Shown: in pieces, positions 36,976 to 38,638 of the stretch
How positions within the stretch are numbered: the first letter of the stretch is position 1
Layout of the letters: every line of letters starts with the position of its first letter
DNA from: Gemmatimonadaceae bacterium
Lineage (GTDB): Bacteria > Gemmatimonadota > Gemmatimonadetes > Gemmatimonadales > Gemmatimonadaceae
Assembly (NCBI GenBank): GCA_040374415.1
Contig: JBEIUK010000001.1
Coordinates: 1-38,638 of the forward strand
DNA length: 38,638 bases
Direction of reading: 5' to 3'
Position numbers and translations under genes: made by a program
The notes under the pieces: model-generated
What the model saw: only the letters and a program-made list of their open reading frames with translations
The model's database searches: none
What the model was told of the DNA's origin: nothing

Positions 36976-37019
36976 GCCGCCCGAACGCCCCACGCCTGAC
37001 CCTGTCGCTGGAGAGAGCC

Positions 37020-37580
37020 ATGACCCCGCGTTCGACGTATGCACCGGATCCCAGCAAAGGGGTTCTCGTCGTGGACTGGCCGCTGTTCGGGGAACTCTCC
37101 CGGGCGCTGGCGCTCAAGGTCGCACGCCGTTGGCAGCCGGAGCTGGTGGTCGGGATCGCCACCGCCGGCGTGGTCCCCGGGGCGGCCGTCGCCGCCATTC
37201 TCGACCTGCCCTTCCACTCGATTCTGATCTCGCGCCGCTATGAGACCGACGTGGTGCGCGAGACCCCGGCGATCTTCGGCGCGGCGCCGGCCGATGTGCG
37301 CGGGAAACGCGTGCTGATCGTCGACCAGACCTGTGACTCGGGGGCGACGATGCGGCTCGCGGTGGCGTCCATCGTCAATGCCGGCGCCGCCGATGTGCGG
37401 ACCGCCGTCAGCTTCACAACGGGACCCTATCGCCCGGACTTCCACGCCCTCGCCACGGAGAGCACCATCGTGCTCCCCTGGGACCGCGAAGTGCTCTCAG
37501 GGTCGGAACTGGTCCCCAACCCCAAGTACGCCGGGATTCCCATGCCCCCGGCCCCTGTACCCCCAGGGTCAGCTGGCTGA
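37020..37580 (+). CDS. Type I phosphoribosyltransferase-family protein
   Basis: 'PELVVGIATAGVVPG', PRPP-loop 'GKRVLIVDQTCDSGATM', 'PDF' and 'IVLPWD'. A GGAGAGAG RBS precedes ATG 37020. Confidence 0.88.
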   Translation: MTPRSTYAPDPSKGVLVVDWPLFGELSRALALKVARRWQPELVVGIATAGVVPGAAVAAILDLPFHSILISRRYETDVVRETPAIFGAAPADVRGKRVLIVDQTCDSGATMRLAVASIVNAGAADVRTAVSFTTGPYRPDFHALATESTIVLPWDREVLSGSELVPNPKYAGIPMPPAPVPPGSAG

Positions 37581-38120
37581 CGCGACGGCGGTGAGGTAGG
37601 GCTGTCCGGCGGTGATCCCCGCATGCACCGCCCCCAGCACCTCGAGTGACCCGAGCAGGAAACGACACCGCCCAGCCCCTGCGGCCCGGCACTCGACCTC
37701 GAGCACGGCCAGAGGCGCCTCTGACAGGCTTCCGAAGAACCCCGCCAGCATCCCCGTGGACAGATGACAGCCCGAGCCGCCACCCACCCCCTCGGCCCAG
37801 TCACTCGAGTCGAGCGCCAGCACCGCATTGCTCAGGGGTAACGCCGCAAGTCCCCCCCAGCCGGTCTCAACAAAGAAGAGCTCCACCAGCACCATGAAGC
37901 GGTCCTGCGGCAACGCCTCCGGGGGCGCATCGCCACGGTCGCGCAGCCAGCGACCGAATTGCGCGAAGAGCCCTTGCCCGGTGCGGTAGCCGACATCGCG
38001 GATCGCATCGATGGGGGCGACGGCGCCAGGGTGGGCGGTCTGCGATTCCACGGCGGCGCGCAGCGCGCCGAGGAATGCCACTGGCAGGAGGACCGTGCGG
38101 TCGATGGACGAGGACGACAT
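37569..38120 (-). CDS. Stand-alone V4R (4-vinyl reductase/HNOB-like) domain protein
   Basis: 'GYRTG', 'GWG', 'CHLSTGMLAGFF' and 'EVECRAAGAGRCRF'. ATG at 38120. Confidence 0.85.
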   Translation of the reverse strand: MSSSSIDRTVLLPVAFLGALRAAVESQTAHPGAVAPIDAIRDVGYRTGQGLFAQFGRWLRDRGDAPPEALPQDRFMVLVELFFVETGWGGLAALPLSNAVLALDSSDWAEGVGGGSGCHLSTGMLAGFFGSLSEAPLAVLEVECRAAGAGRCRFLLGSLEVLGAVHAGITAGQPYLTAVASAS

Positions 38121-38181
38121 CACCGGAGGGTCGCCGACCTGGCGCCGCACGTCAAGGCATGCCGTCGTGCCAATCGCCTCG

Positions 38182-38638
38182 TCACGCGCCGGCGCCCTGG
38201 ACCCGACGGAGCAATTCCGCTTCGTCAATCACAGGGACCCCAAGCGCGGTCGCCTTATCCAGTTTGCTCCCGGCCTCTTCGCCAGCCACCACAAAGGTCG
38301 TCTTCTTCGAAACGCTGCTGGTGACCCGACCCCCGGCCTGTTCCACCAGCGTGGTGGCATCCGTGCGCGACAACGTCGGGAGCGTCCCGGTCAGCACCAC
38401 CACGGCCCCCGTGAGTGGTCCATCGGCGGCGACCGCCTGCGGCTCCCGGAAGGTCAACCCGCGGGCGCGGAGGCGCTCGATCAGCGCTCGGCTGGTTGGA
38501 TCGGCGCAAAACTCGGCGACCGATTGCGCGATGATGTCCCCGATGCCGCGGACCGCCGACAGCTGGTCGGGGGTCGCTGCGAGCAGGGCATCCATCTCGC
38601 CAAAATGCCGGGCCAGCAGCTGCGCCGCCTGCGCCCCG
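38182..38638 (-). CDS. ligA: NAD-dependent DNA ligase, 3' fragment (HhH plus BRCT); truncated by the window edge
   Basis: 'LSAVRGIGDIIAQSV' HhH and the BRCT segment 'VVLTGTL..LSR..A...EQAGGRVTSSVSKKTTFVVAGEEAGSKLDKA'. Confidence 0.93.
   Translation of the reverse strand, partial: GAQAAQLLARHFGEMDALLAATPDQLSAVRGIGDIIAQSVAEFCADPTSRALIERLRARGLTFREPQAVAADGPLTGAVVVLTGTLPTLSRTDATTLVEQAGGRVTSSVSKKTTFVVAGEEAGSKLDKATALGVPVIDEAELLRRVQGAGA

Overview
A GC-rich, densely coding bacterial chromosomal segment. Gene style suggests Gemmatimonadota, but that is an inference. No mobile elements, CRISPR arrays, rRNA or tRNA were seen. In order, it carries: a GT2 glycosyltransferase with a long charged repeat tail; an Omp85-type protein; an oppABCDF plus POT peptide-uptake operon; lipoate ligase, gcvP, gcvH and coaE; an AraC-like regulator; tdk; a catalytically degenerate DeaD-like protein; an aminotransferase and a small Lrp-type protein; and a lipoprotein. 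Three loci stand out. (1) A contiguous nurA-herA-mre11(sbcD)-rad50(sbcC) cluster, the four-gene DNA end-resection set typical of archaea, with a translationally coupled GNAT acetyltransferase. (2) An un-annotated 6S RNA followed by a PTPS-II(CX5HGH)-folE-SDR operon that looks like a complete tetrahydrobiopterin (BH4) pathway. (3) A TPR-orphan ParA-lipoprotein-acyl-CoA ligase operon. The window ends with a PRTase preceded by a GGA-repeat leader, a stand-alone V4R protein and the 3' end of ligA. Five genes have a TANNNT box 6-7 nt before the start codon, suggesting leaderless mRNAs. All calls come from motif reading and recalled family knowledge; no searches were run.
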